Shown here: positions 1 through 9,208 of the stretch, piece by piece
Position numbering within the stretch: position 1 is the stretch's first letter
Layout of the letters: the number at the start of each line of letters is the position of its first letter
NCBI GenBank assembly: GCA_963719085.1
Contig: CAVRAL010000004.1
Location: 1,024,001 to 1,088,000 of the forward strand
Direction: 5' to 3'
DNA length: 64,000 nucleotides
Source: a candidate division FCPU426 bacterium
Lineage (GTDB): Bacteria > Oederibacteriota > Muellerivitia > Muellerivitales > Muellerivitaceae
The notes under the pieces: generated by a model
The model's database searches: none
What the model was told of the DNA's origin: nothing
The model's input: only the letters and a program-made list of their open reading frames with translations
Made by a program: the position numbers and the translations under genes

Positions 1-2
1 CC

Positions 3-2105
3 CGCGGGACGGTGAGTGGAACTCTGGCGATTAACGATCCTTACAATCCCGGAACTTCGCCGGTGAGTCTATGGATTGGTTTGGCCCCGGTCGATGGCGG
101 GGTCGATTTCCAGAATCAGTACCTGACCTCCCAGTTTTGGGTCAGGACCGGCGCCGGCGGCAGTTTCACCATCCCGAACATTTTGCCCGGCACTTATAAT
201 TTGTGGGCCTTTGGACCCGGCGTGGTGGGAACTTTTGAAAAAGCCAATGTCACCGTGGTGGCGGGATCTTCCTCGCTGGGGACCTTGACTTGGTCGCCTT
301 TGCGTTTGGGACCCACGGTTTGGGAAATCGGGACACCCGATCGAGACTCCAACGAATTCAACAATGGGGAACACCAATCGACGCCTTATAGCGGTGTCTT
401 GCCGGCCTACGCAGGCGGTCCGCCTTATGATGTTCCGGCGGCCTGGGGCGCGTTCATGGGCTATCCGACCCAATATCCCAACGGGGTCAGCTTCGTGGTG
501 GGGACGAGCGACCCCGGCACCGACTGGAACTATTGCCAGCCAACCATCCCTTCCGGGACCACTTACGCCGGGACGACATCCAAGATCTTTTTCAATTTGG
601 CGACCGCGCCCACGGCGGTCCAAAATGCCCGGCTTTATATCGCTTTCGCCTCCGCCTTCAGCTCCGCCTGTATCCTCACGATCAACGGGACCGTCCAAAC
701 CGCCTCCCTCATGGGTTCCACGGACGGCAACTATGCCACGATTACCAACGCGACCACCGGCTTCTACCCGCCGAATGTTAGTTTTGACTCCATCCTGCGC
801 TTGGGTTCGCAGGGAGCTTGGGGTGACGCTTACCTGAACTTCGCCGGAAATAAACTCAAGGCGGGTATGAACGAGATCGACATCGGCCTCAGGCCGACCG
901 GCGGGGCAAGCCTGGGCGAAGGCTTTGAGTACGATTATCTGCGTCTAGAATTGACCGGTTATTCCGCCACCGTGACGCCCACACCGACGGCCGCCGCCGC
1001 GACGCAAACGCCGACAAAGACCGCAACTCCGACCGCCACCGCCACCGGAACGCAAACGGTAACCGCGACCAAGACAATGTCTCCGACGGCGACCTTGACC
1101 GCGTCTTCAACTCAGACGGCGACTAAAACCCTAACGAAGACGCCAACCGTTACTTTGACGGCAAGTCCGACCGTGACGCCAACCTTAACCAAGACGACGA
1201 CTTTAACTGCGACTCAGACCTTGACCGCGACGAAGACATCCACCGTCATGCCTACCCTAACCGCCTCGGCGTCCTCTACGCCGACGAAAACCGCGACCGT
1301 AACGTCAACGGTAACCGCGACTAAGACCGCGACTTCGCTTCCGACCTTGACGCCGACTGCCTCGCCTACGGCTTCGGCATCGCCTACGGCGGCGATTACC
1401 GACACGCCCACCCAAACCGCTTCGCCGGTCGCCACCGCGTCTTCGACCGCGACCAAGACGGCAACCTTAACCCAGACCATTACTTCGACGACAACTTCAA
1501 CTTTAACCATCACCCCGGCTTTCACGGCGACCGCGACATCGACAGTAACCCGGACTCAAACGCCGGTTCCTTCGGCGACAGTGACCGATACTTTTACCCC
1601 TACGCCTTCCGCCACCGCGTCGCCGACTCGTACCTACTCTTCAACTCCGTCCTTAACTCCAACTGTGACCCTCACTCGTACGATGACCGAAACCTTGACC
1701 CCGACGCCTAGCGCGACGGATACTTTTACCCAGACCCCTACTCCAACGGAAAGTTTCTCCCCAACCCCAACCCCAACCGTGATTTTGTCCGCCACTGCCA
1801 CGCCGACATTCAGTCAAGGTCCTCCGATCACCACGCCGATTCCTTTCCCGAATCCGGCACCGGGTAGCACGGTTACCCTTTCCTTCGCCCTTCGAGATAA
1901 CTCGCCTTGGGTGCATATTGAGATTTTCACCACGGCTTTCCGCAAGGTGAATCAGGTCGATCTATCCAACGTGTCGGCGGGACCGCAGCTTGTTTCTATT
2001 CCCTTGACCGACAGCCATGGATCGCCTTTGGCCAACGGCGTTTATTACATCGTTGTCGTGAACCAGCAGGGAAGGGCCATCGGTAAACTTCTGATATTGA
2101 AATAA
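3..2105 (+). CDS. Rhamnogalacturonan lyase (PL4), 5'-truncated by the window edge; domains II and III + Thr-rich linker + T9SS-like C-terminal domain
   Basis: Frame is open from base 3 (RGTVSG). PL4-type motifs QFWVRT..GSFTIPNILPGTYNLWA, GPTVWEIGTPDR, DWNYCQ, YDYLRLE. C-terminal PFPNP...FTTAFRKV...LANGVYY...KLLILK. Confidence 0.85.
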   Translation, partial: RGTVSGTLAINDPYNPGTSPVSLWIGLAPVDGGVDFQNQYLTSQFWVRTGAGGSFTIPNILPGTYNLWAFGPGVVGTFEKANVTVVAGSSSLGTLTWSPLRLGPTVWEIGTPDRDSNEFNNGEHQSTPYSGVLPAYAGGPPYDVPAAWGAFMGYPTQYPNGVSFVVGTSDPGTDWNYCQPTIPSGTTYAGTTSKIFFNLATAPTAVQNARLYIAFASAFSSACILTINGTVQTASLMGSTDGNYATITNATTGFYPPNVSFDSILRLGSQGAWGDAYLNFAGNKLKAGMNEIDIGLRPTGGASLGEGFEYDYLRLELTGYSATVTPTPTAAAATQTPTKTATPTATATGTQTVTATKTMSPTATLTASSTQTATKTLTKTPTVTLTASPTVTPTLTKTTTLTATQTLTATKTSTVMPTLTASASSTPTKTATVTSTVTATKTATSLPTLTPTASPTASASPTAAITDTPTQTASPVATASSTATKTATLTQTITSTTTSTLTITPAFTATATSTVTRTQTPVPSATVTDTFTPTPSATASPTRTYSSTPSLTPTVTLTRTMTETLTPTPSATDTFTQTPTPTESFSPTPTPTVILSATATPTFSQGPPITTPIPFPNPAPGSTVTLSFALRDNSPWVHIEIFTTAFRKVNQVDLSNVSAGPQLVSIPLTDSHGSPLANGVYYIVVVNQQGRAIGKLLILK

Positions 2106-2157
2106 GGCTAAGCGGTTTTGGGACGGCTTAATTCCGATTCATTCCGGCCCTCGCCCG

Positions 2158-2166
2158 TGTTAATTT
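2158..2166 (+). promoter_or_regulatory. Candidate extended -10 element of a leaderless araC transcript
   Basis: TGT-TAATTT ends 6 nt before ATG 2173; no Shine-Dalgarno. Confidence 0.4.
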
Positions 2167-2172
2167 GAAACC

Positions 2173-4002
2173 ATGAAGAACCCCGCTCCCCCCTCAAATG
2201 ATCCGCTCGAGCCCCTTCACGCGCTGCGGGCTTTTGACAGTTTTAAGCCTTTTCATTCCGTCATTCATTACTACGTCGACCTGAGTTGTTTTCTTATCCC
2301 TTCGGCGGACGCGCATGGTTGGTGGGCGTTGAACCGCCGCAAAAGACCGGTGAGCTTCGCTGAAGTTGAGACTCAGTATGGCGACGCCCGGAAACGTTAC
2401 CGGTTCATCCAGGATTGTTTTAAAAAAGTCCAATCGACGGGGCAAACGGTTTTGGGCGAGAAGTTCGGCCTGGGCGATTTTTTTGTGCCGATTTTAAAAA
2501 AGAAAAAGCTGTTGGGTTACCTTCAGGCGGGAACCTTCGCCCCCGCTGAATTGACCGAGACTTCCTTGCGGGGCTGTTGGAAAGAATTAACGGGACGGGA
2601 AGCGTCCCCGGATCTTTTCGAGTTTCGGGATTTTGTCCGGGCTATGTTGGAAATGCCGGTTTTAGACGGACCGCTTCTATCGGCTTACCGGCAATGCCTG
2701 GAAATTTTCGCCGGGATTCTGACCGGGGAACAGGAGAGTGCCCCGGCCCAGAAAAAACTTTTGGGTCTTTTGAATGAGGTTATTTCCAAAGGATTGTCCC
2801 ATAGTTATTGGATGGACTGGGCGCTGGGCCGTCCCGCCGCCGAGCCGGTTCCTTACTGGAGCCGCCGGGTGGAAGAATGGGAATGGACCCGAAATGAAAT
2901 CGGCATTTCCCGAATCCCCACAACAGTTTTCGCCCTGATGCCGCAAAGGCCGGCGGGCCGGGCCACCGATTGGACCGAGGATGTGCTTCAAATTTACCGT
3001 TTGCAGCGGCAGGCCTTTCGATTCGCCCAAACGCTGCCCCAGACCGTCGGGGGGAGGCTGGAAAATTACGGGGCGGTTTTCGTCACGTCGGCGGACCCGG
3101 ATCAGCCGAGCCTCAAGCGCCGCCGCCATATTGAGGCGGTGATTCAACGGGTCAAGCGATTCGCCGAAAATGAGCTGGGCGGTCCGGTGCGGATCGGCGT
3201 GGGGGAAACGGTGGCCCCCGGGGAATTATTGGCCGAATCCTACCGGCAAGCCGTGTTGGCGCTTCATTTGGGCCGGGGCTCACGGGAAGATGTTTTGGTT
3301 TTCGCGGATCACAAGGCTCCCGCGGCCGCGGGCGATTTTTCCCAATTCCGCCGAACCCAGAGGCAGTTAGGCGAGGCCTTTGTTTCGGCCTCGCCCGCGG
3401 AAGTGGAGGCTTTGGAAGGCCGGTTTCTCCAGGAAGCGCTTCAACTCTCTTTCCAAAATCCGTTTGAGCTGCGGCGGCATTTTCAATACGCCCTGGATCG
3501 TATGGTGGACCGGCTGGATCAGAGAATCGGGCTGGCGGAAAAAGAGGCCGCGCAACTTCGCAAAAAATGGGTGGAAGGCTTGGAAAAGACCGTGACGCTT
3601 CAGGAAATGGTGAGCCTGTTCCGGGACGCGGTGGTGGATTTTCGAAACTCCATGGATCGTCCGTCCTTATTCCGGGAATCCAAAAGTCTTGAAAAGGCCA
3701 AGGCCCATATCGACCGAAAATTCCGAGAACCCTTGCGCGCCGATCAATTGGCCGAATTGGCGGGAGTTTCTCTGTCGACTTTCAGCCGCCGTTTCAAGCG
3801 GGCCACGGGCCTGGGCATGGAGATGTATGTCCAAAACCTCCGGGTGGCGGAGGCGAAGAAACTGCTTCGTTCCACTCGCCATTCGGTGGAGCGTGTGGGG
3901 CGGGCCTGCGGATTTAAATCCTCGTCCTATTTCATCCATCTGTTCAAAAAAAAGACCGGCCTTTCCCCCGAAAGGTACCGCAACAAACCAAGCCCTATTT
4001 AA
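2173..4002 (+). CDS. Large AraC-family regulator (PocR-like N-terminal sensor, CdaR/GGDEF-like middle, AraC HTH)
   Basis: C-terminal LAELAGVSLSTFSRRFK...AKKLL...ACGFKSSSYFIHLFKKKTGLSPERYR. Middle VRIGVGE..LAESYRQA. N-terminal FFVPI...LLGYLQAG. Confidence 0.85.
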   Translation: MKNPAPPSNDPLEPLHALRAFDSFKPFHSVIHYYVDLSCFLIPSADAHGWWALNRRKRPVSFAEVETQYGDARKRYRFIQDCFKKVQSTGQTVLGEKFGLGDFFVPILKKKKLLGYLQAGTFAPAELTETSLRGCWKELTGREASPDLFEFRDFVRAMLEMPVLDGPLLSAYRQCLEIFAGILTGEQESAPAQKKLLGLLNEVISKGLSHSYWMDWALGRPAAEPVPYWSRRVEEWEWTRNEIGISRIPTTVFALMPQRPAGRATDWTEDVLQIYRLQRQAFRFAQTLPQTVGGRLENYGAVFVTSADPDQPSLKRRRHIEAVIQRVKRFAENELGGPVRIGVGETVAPGELLAESYRQAVLALHLGRGSREDVLVFADHKAPAAAGDFSQFRRTQRQLGEAFVSASPAEVEALEGRFLQEALQLSFQNPFELRRHFQYALDRMVDRLDQRIGLAEKEAAQLRKKWVEGLEKTVTLQEMVSLFRDAVVDFRNSMDRPSLFRESKSLEKAKAHIDRKFREPLRADQLAELAGVSLSTFSRRFKRATGLGMEMYVQNLRVAEAKKLLRSTRHSVERVGRACGFKSSSYFIHLFKKKTGLSPERYRNKPSPI

Positions 4003-4126
4003 ACGAGAAAGCACCTTGTTGGACCGGTTGTTTTTAATCACGTGAAATAAAAAACAATTTTTTTGACGTTTTAGAGATATTCCGGGGAAGCGGGTTCCGG
4101 TTCCCTGGTTGGAACTGTGGGATACT
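4000..4126 (+). promoter_or_regulatory. Conserved upstream region of GH30 gene 1 (candidate AraC operator and -10)
   Basis: TGAAATAAAAnnCAATTnnnTTGnCGTTTTA (4043-4073) and GATACT (4121-4126) match 9024-9054 and TATAGT (9102-9107) at the same offset of 4981. Confidence 0.55.
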
Positions 4127-4202
4127 TTCAAGGCGAAGAACTTTCGATTCTTTCGAAAGGGAACACTTTGCCTAACAACTGAAATCGTTTGAAGACGAGA
4201 CC

Positions 4203-6965
4203 ATGAAGACGACGAAAACCACAATTTATTTCCTCTTATATACCGCTCTGCTGGGCGCCTCCGGGGCATGGGCCAGTACGGTCACGGTCACCGCCGGGAC
4301 GACTTACCAGACCATCTCGGGTTTCGGCGCGGCCAGCGCGCTGAACGCTTATCAGGTCTTCAATAACATCGCCACAATCCAGAATACTCTTTGGGCGGAC
4401 GACTCCAGCCTACCCCCGGCGTCCCAGGTCAACGGTAATGTGGGCCTTTCCATTCTTCGGATCGCCATCGATGATTCGGGCACCACGGGTAATTGGGACG
4501 GGGGTAAGGAGGTTTCCGTGGCCGTTGACGCTTTGAAGGTCAACCCCAACCTGAGGATTTTCGCCAGCGAATGGAGCCCTCCGGCCGCCTGGAAAAACAA
4601 TAACAATAAGAACGGCAACAACACCGGCAATGACAACGCCAACCCGGGCACCAACACCAACCAGATCAACCACGCGGACTGGTCCAATTACGCCACCTAT
4701 CAAACCAATTTCGTGAAGGCCTGCCAAACCACCTACGGCTTCACCCCCTACGCCGTCTCAGTTCAAAATGAGCCGGATTACGATACCAGCTACGATTCCT
4801 GCCTTTGGTCGCCGTCGGATTTCGACACCTATATTAAGACCTACTTGGGGCCCGATCTCACTGCCGCGGGGTTCAACACCATCGTCATGATGCCGGAGTC
4901 TTTCGCGGACAACTTGAATCTGGCCGCTACCACCATGGGAGACACGGGCGCGGCGAGTTTCGTGAAGGTTATCGGCGCGCACCTTTACGGCGGAGGGCCC
5001 AATACGGTTCCGGCTTCCTACTCGACCACCGCCGGCCACGCGGTGGAGAGCTGGGAAACGGAGATATCCGATTTCGCGGCCAATGATTCCAGCATCACCA
5101 GCGGTTTGAAATACGCCAACCAGATACACAGTTGCATCGTGGACCATAATTTTAACGCCTATAACTATTGGTGGATCCTGAACATCAATACTGATAACGA
5201 AGGGCTTTACGGCGCCAGCAACTCCACCACCCCCACCAAGCGCCTTTACGCGCTCGGCAATTTCAGCAAGTTCATCCGCCCGGGTTTCACCCGTATCGCC
5301 GCCACGGAAGCCCCTTCGGCCGGGGTTTCGGTTTCCGCCTACTATAGCTCTACCGCGGGCAAAGTCGTGGTGGTGGCGATCAACAATAATAATTCGGCGC
5401 AGAGCGTCACCTTCAATCTCAGCGGTTTGAACGTCTCGACCATCTATCCCTGGATCACGGACAGCACTCGAAACTTAGTCCAGCAGGCATCCGTGGCCGT
5501 GTCCGCGAACAACTTTGTCTATTCCTTGCCAGTGTCCAGCGTGTCCAGTTTTGTAGGGGCGGTGACCAGCGGTAGCCCCACGGCGACCTCCTCGCCTACG
5601 GCTTCGGCGACTTCAACTCCGACCAAAACGGCGACGCCCACCGCCTCGGCGACGAAGACGCCGACGGTTACCCCGACTTTAACCCCTACGCCCACAATGA
5701 CCGCGACCTTGACGCTTACCCCGACTAAAACAACCACCGCGACGTTGACCCCAACTTCGACGAAGACGGCGACCTTAACGGCGACCCCGACCGCCACCCA
5801 GACCTTCCAATTCACGCCCACGATTACGTCGACCCCGACCGTGACCTCGACTCAAACTGAAACCTTGACTCCTTCGATCACCTCGACCTCAACCGCCACC
5901 CATACGCCGGTCTTCACCGCAACACCGTCTTTTACCAAAACACCTACCTTGACCCCAACACAAACCTCAACGCCCACCGTGAGCGCGACGCCTTCCACGA
6001 CCAAAACGCCGACGGTGACGACGACGCCGACGGTGACCTTGACGCCCCAATTTACCTTTACGGTGACTTTGTCTTTCACGCCCACCCCATCGACCACCTG
6101 GACCCTGTCGCCCACGGCGACCGCGACCCCTACGGCCACCTCCACCAAGACGGCGACTTCCACCGCGACCGCCACCTTTACTCCGACCCGCACCGTGACG
6201 CCGCCTTTTACCGCTACCGCGACGCCTACCAGCACCTCGACGGCGACCGCTCTACCCACCTCGACCTTGACGCCCTTGCCCACGGTGAGCCTGCAGTTGA
6301 ATACGTCGTCTTCCTCGGCGGATGCGGGGCAAAGCTATAGCTATACCTGGGAGATTACGGTGACAGGAAGTTCGCCGCAGAACGGGACCCTGACCCAAAG
6401 CCTGCCGGCGGGAGTGACGGTGACGGGATTCTCCGGGTCTTCGGGGGTGGTGAATGGAAACCAAATCACGTGGAACCTGAACAACCTGCCGGTGGGAGTG
6501 ACTCAATTGCAGGTGAATGTGGAGATTGACGGTTCGGTGGCGGGAGGGACGGAGCTTTCAAGCCAAGGGACGCTGAGCTATACGGGAGGCTCGGCCTCGT
6601 CCAACAGCGCCTCGGTGAGTGTGGTGGCTTTGACCTCAACGCCCACCTCGACGCCGACCTTGACGTTTACGCCGACGCCGGAGCCTATAGGGGGAGTGCC
6701 GGTGTTGTACCCGAACCCGGTGAGCGGCCCGGGCCCGGTGAACATCCAATTGCCGACCTATCCGGGGACGAGCAAGGTGACGGTGCAAGTGTTCACGACG
6801 GCGTTTAGGATGGTGAACGAATTCTCGGTGACCCAAGCGGGGGGAAGCGTGGTGTCCCTGCCCTTGACGGACCGGAACAACCGGCCCTTGGCGAACGGGC
6901 TTTATTACGTGCTGGTCAACTCGCCGGCGGGTAAATCGATTCTCAAGCTGCTGATCCTGCGCTGA
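4203..6965 (+). CDS. Secreted GH30 (XynC-like glucuronoxylanase) + Thr-rich linker + DUF11-like Ig domain + T9SS-like CTD
   Basis: Signal peptide; QTISGFG, GLSILR, ASEWSPPAAWK, SVQNEPDY (acid/base Glu), WETE (nucleophile Glu), NFSKFIRPG. Confidence 0.88.
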   Translation: MKTTKTTIYFLLYTALLGASGAWASTVTVTAGTTYQTISGFGAASALNAYQVFNNIATIQNTLWADDSSLPPASQVNGNVGLSILRIAIDDSGTTGNWDGGKEVSVAVDALKVNPNLRIFASEWSPPAAWKNNNNKNGNNTGNDNANPGTNTNQINHADWSNYATYQTNFVKACQTTYGFTPYAVSVQNEPDYDTSYDSCLWSPSDFDTYIKTYLGPDLTAAGFNTIVMMPESFADNLNLAATTMGDTGAASFVKVIGAHLYGGGPNTVPASYSTTAGHAVESWETEISDFAANDSSITSGLKYANQIHSCIVDHNFNAYNYWWILNINTDNEGLYGASNSTTPTKRLYALGNFSKFIRPGFTRIAATEAPSAGVSVSAYYSSTAGKVVVVAINNNNSAQSVTFNLSGLNVSTIYPWITDSTRNLVQQASVAVSANNFVYSLPVSSVSSFVGAVTSGSPTATSSPTASATSTPTKTATPTASATKTPTVTPTLTPTPTMTATLTLTPTKTTTATLTPTSTKTATLTATPTATQTFQFTPTITSTPTVTSTQTETLTPSITSTSTATHTPVFTATPSFTKTPTLTPTQTSTPTVSATPSTTKTPTVTTTPTVTLTPQFTFTVTLSFTPTPSTTWTLSPTATATPTATSTKTATSTATATFTPTRTVTPPFTATATPTSTSTATALPTSTLTPLPTVSLQLNTSSSSADAGQSYSYTWEITVTGSSPQNGTLTQSLPAGVTVTGFSGSSGVVNGNQITWNLNNLPVGVTQLQVNVEIDGSVAGGTELSSQGTLSYTGGSASSNSASVSVVALTSTPTSTPTLTFTPTPEPIGGVPVLYPNPVSGPGPVNIQLPTYPGTSKVTVQVFTTAFRMVNEFSVTQAGGSVVSLPLTDRNNRPLANGLYYVLVNSPAGKSILKLLILR
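5640..6965 (+). repeat. 1326-bp duplicated 3' block, copy 1 (copy 2 at 11198-12523)
   Basis: Constant offset 5558; only one synonymous difference noticed (G6947/A12505); translations are identical. Confidence 0.95.
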
Positions 6966-7106
6966 GTTCTGTTTAGAACTCAGTAGGTCAAATCGCATGC
7001 CTCGGCTTGAGACCTCGGCATAGCCAGCGCTGACCGTTGTATCGGTCAGCACGGCAAAGCTGATGTCTCGGCTTGAGGCCTCGACATAGCCAGCATTGAT
7101 CGTTGT
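6959..7106 (+). repeat. Structured intergenic repeat array (units at 6959 and 7027, degenerate partial at 7093)
   Basis: Units begin GCGCTGA, overlapping the stop codon. Hairpins CTGAGTTCT-gttt-AGAACTCAG and GCTGACCG-ttgtat-CGGTCAGC; shared tail (C/T)CTCGGCTTGAG(A/G)CCTCG(G/A)CATAGCCA. Confidence 0.85.
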
Positions 7107-7172
7107 GCCACCGCCCTCCTCGTCGCCAAAAAGCGCTTGGCGATTTCCCGGATTCCTGGTTAATCTGTGTCA

Positions 7173-8984
7173 GTGAAAAAAAACGGCGTTCTCCCCCAAG
7201 CGTTTAAAAATATTTTTGAATATGAAAGTTTCCTGACCGTCCTTCGGTACTACGTCGATTTGAACTGTTTCGTGATTTCACCGAATCCTCAGGGCCCGGG
7301 CAGCAGTTGGCTGGCGGTTCATTATCACCGGCGCTCCCATTCGCTTTTTGATTTTGAGAAAAAATACGGGTTTAAATTTAATTGGGATAAGTTGACGGAC
7401 GCGGCCTTTGAGCGAGTCCACGCGGCGGATCAGCCGCTCCTGCTGAAGTCGTTGGGGTTCTTTGATGTTTTTATGCCCGTTCGGCGCGAAGGGAAAAGAC
7501 TGGGGACGATTTTGTCGGGCGCTTTCGCGCAAGGCGAACCTACGGAAGACCTGCTGCGCGCCAGTTGGAGCGAATTGACCGGGCAAGAACTTTCGACTGA
7601 AAGTTTGGAATTCCGCCAGTTCGTCCGAGTGATGCTGGAAACCCCCGTATTAGAAGGCCCGGTGCTTTTGGCTTATCGGGAAGCGCTTGAGTTATTCGCG
7701 TCCGTGATGGCCGGAGGCGCTTCCACCTCGGTTTCCCGAAGACTGCAACAATTATTGACCGAAGTCTTCTCCAAACATCTGCCCCACAGCTATTGGATGG
7801 ATTGGGCTTTGGGCCTGCCGACGACCCAAGCCACGCCGCTTTGGAACCTGGGGGTGGAGCAAATGGACTGGGTGAAGACCGATATCGGTATTCATCGAAT
7901 CCCCACCACGGTTCTCACCGCGGTCCCGCTGGGGCTAGACGGAAAACGCCGAAATTCGGTGGGGGAAATGTTCCGGATTTACCGGTTTCAGCGCCGGGCT
8001 TTTCAATTCGCCCGCGGCCTTCCCCAAACCGTGGGCGGAAAATTGGAAAACTATGGGGCGGTGTTTGTCACCTCCGCCGATCCTTCCCTGAGCCGTCCCC
8101 AACGGCGCCGACAAATATTGGAAACCGCCGAAAAAATCCACCGGTTCGCGGTGGAAGAATTAGGCGGATCGGTTTTGGTGGGCGTTGGGGAAACCGTGCC
8201 GCCGGGAGATTCGCTGGCCGAGTCTTATCGTCAAGCGGTTCTGGCCCTGCATCTTCAAAAAGGGTTTGAGACGGGCTTGGTCTTTTTCACCCCGGGCCGC
8301 AGTGAAAAAAATGAGGGCTTGTCCGAGTTGACGCGGCTGCTTTTGGATTTGAAAAAAAGATTTGAGAGCGGCTCTTTTTACAATCTGGAAGAAATCTTGG
8401 ACGGGTTTTTAAAACAGGTTCTGCTTCTTTCCTTTCAAAACCCCGACGAGATCCGCTGGCACCTGCACTATGGGCTGCTTCAGATCGGCGAGGTGGTCAA
8501 GAGCCGGGCTGATTTGAATTGGAACGAAATGCCCCGGATGATTGAGCGGCTGATCCAAACGCTGGAAGGAGCCGCCACCACGCAGGAAATGGTTCTGGCC
8601 TTTAAAGATGGTTTGGAGCAGCTGGTGAAGCTGGCCCAAGATCCGGGGAAGATCCGGGGCTTTTACGCCTTGGATAAAGTTCGGGAACACCTGGAAAAAC
8701 ATTTCCGGACCCCGGTGAAAATCGCCAAGCTGGCGAAATTGGCGGGCGTCTCCGCGGCCACGCTTAGCCGGCGGTTCAAAAAAGCCAATGGAGTCGGCTG
8801 GGAAACTTACCTTCAAACCTTAAGGTTGAATGAGGCGCGGCGGTTGTTAAAGTCCGGAAGCCTGCCCATCGCTCAAATCGCCAAAGACTGCGGATTTAAG
8901 TCCGCGTCTTATTTCATCCGGTTGTTCCGCAAAAAAAATAGGATTTCCCCCGGGTTGTTCCGAAAAAAAGTCCAGTCGGTTTAA
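7173..8984 (+). CDS. Large AraC-family regulator, paralog of 2173-4002 (track start 7167; GTG 7173 preferred)
   Basis: Shares YYVDL, HSYWMDWALG, RIPTTV, LPQTVGG.LENYGAVFVTSADP and the AraC HTH. TAATCT lies 6 nt before GTG 7173, mirroring the paralog. Confidence 0.85.
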   Translation: MKKNGVLPQAFKNIFEYESFLTVLRYYVDLNCFVISPNPQGPGSSWLAVHYHRRSHSLFDFEKKYGFKFNWDKLTDAAFERVHAADQPLLLKSLGFFDVFMPVRREGKRLGTILSGAFAQGEPTEDLLRASWSELTGQELSTESLEFRQFVRVMLETPVLEGPVLLAYREALELFASVMAGGASTSVSRRLQQLLTEVFSKHLPHSYWMDWALGLPTTQATPLWNLGVEQMDWVKTDIGIHRIPTTVLTAVPLGLDGKRRNSVGEMFRIYRFQRRAFQFARGLPQTVGGKLENYGAVFVTSADPSLSRPQRRRQILETAEKIHRFAVEELGGSVLVGVGETVPPGDSLAESYRQAVLALHLQKGFETGLVFFTPGRSEKNEGLSELTRLLLDLKKRFESGSFYNLEEILDGFLKQVLLLSFQNPDEIRWHLHYGLLQIGEVVKSRADLNWNEMPRMIERLIQTLEGAATTQEMVLAFKDGLEQLVKLAQDPGKIRGFYALDKVREHLEKHFRTPVKIAKLAKLAGVSAATLSRRFKKANGVGWETYLQTLRLNEARRLLKSGSLPIAQIAKDCGFKSASYFIRLFRKKNRISPGLFRKKVQSV

Positions 8985-9107
8985 ACGAACAACAATTCGA
9001 TTTTAACCGGTTTGCTTTCGATATGAAATAAAAGTCAATTCGCTTGTCGTTTTAAGACCTATGAGTTTTCCGCGGGTCGCCCGTCCGGTCCGAAACGAAG
9101 GTATAGT
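8982..9107 (+). promoter_or_regulatory. Conserved upstream region of GH30 gene 2 (candidate AraC operator and -10)
   Basis: Same motifs and spacing as 4000-4126; TATAGT at 9102-9107. Confidence 0.55.
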
Positions 9108-9208
9108 TTTGGGGCTGAGCCATTTAAGCGTCTTTTTTCGCCCGAATAAAAACGTTTTTGGATCAGTTAAAAACCGGTTGACGCCGGAATCGGACTAGGA
9201 CTGAATAA

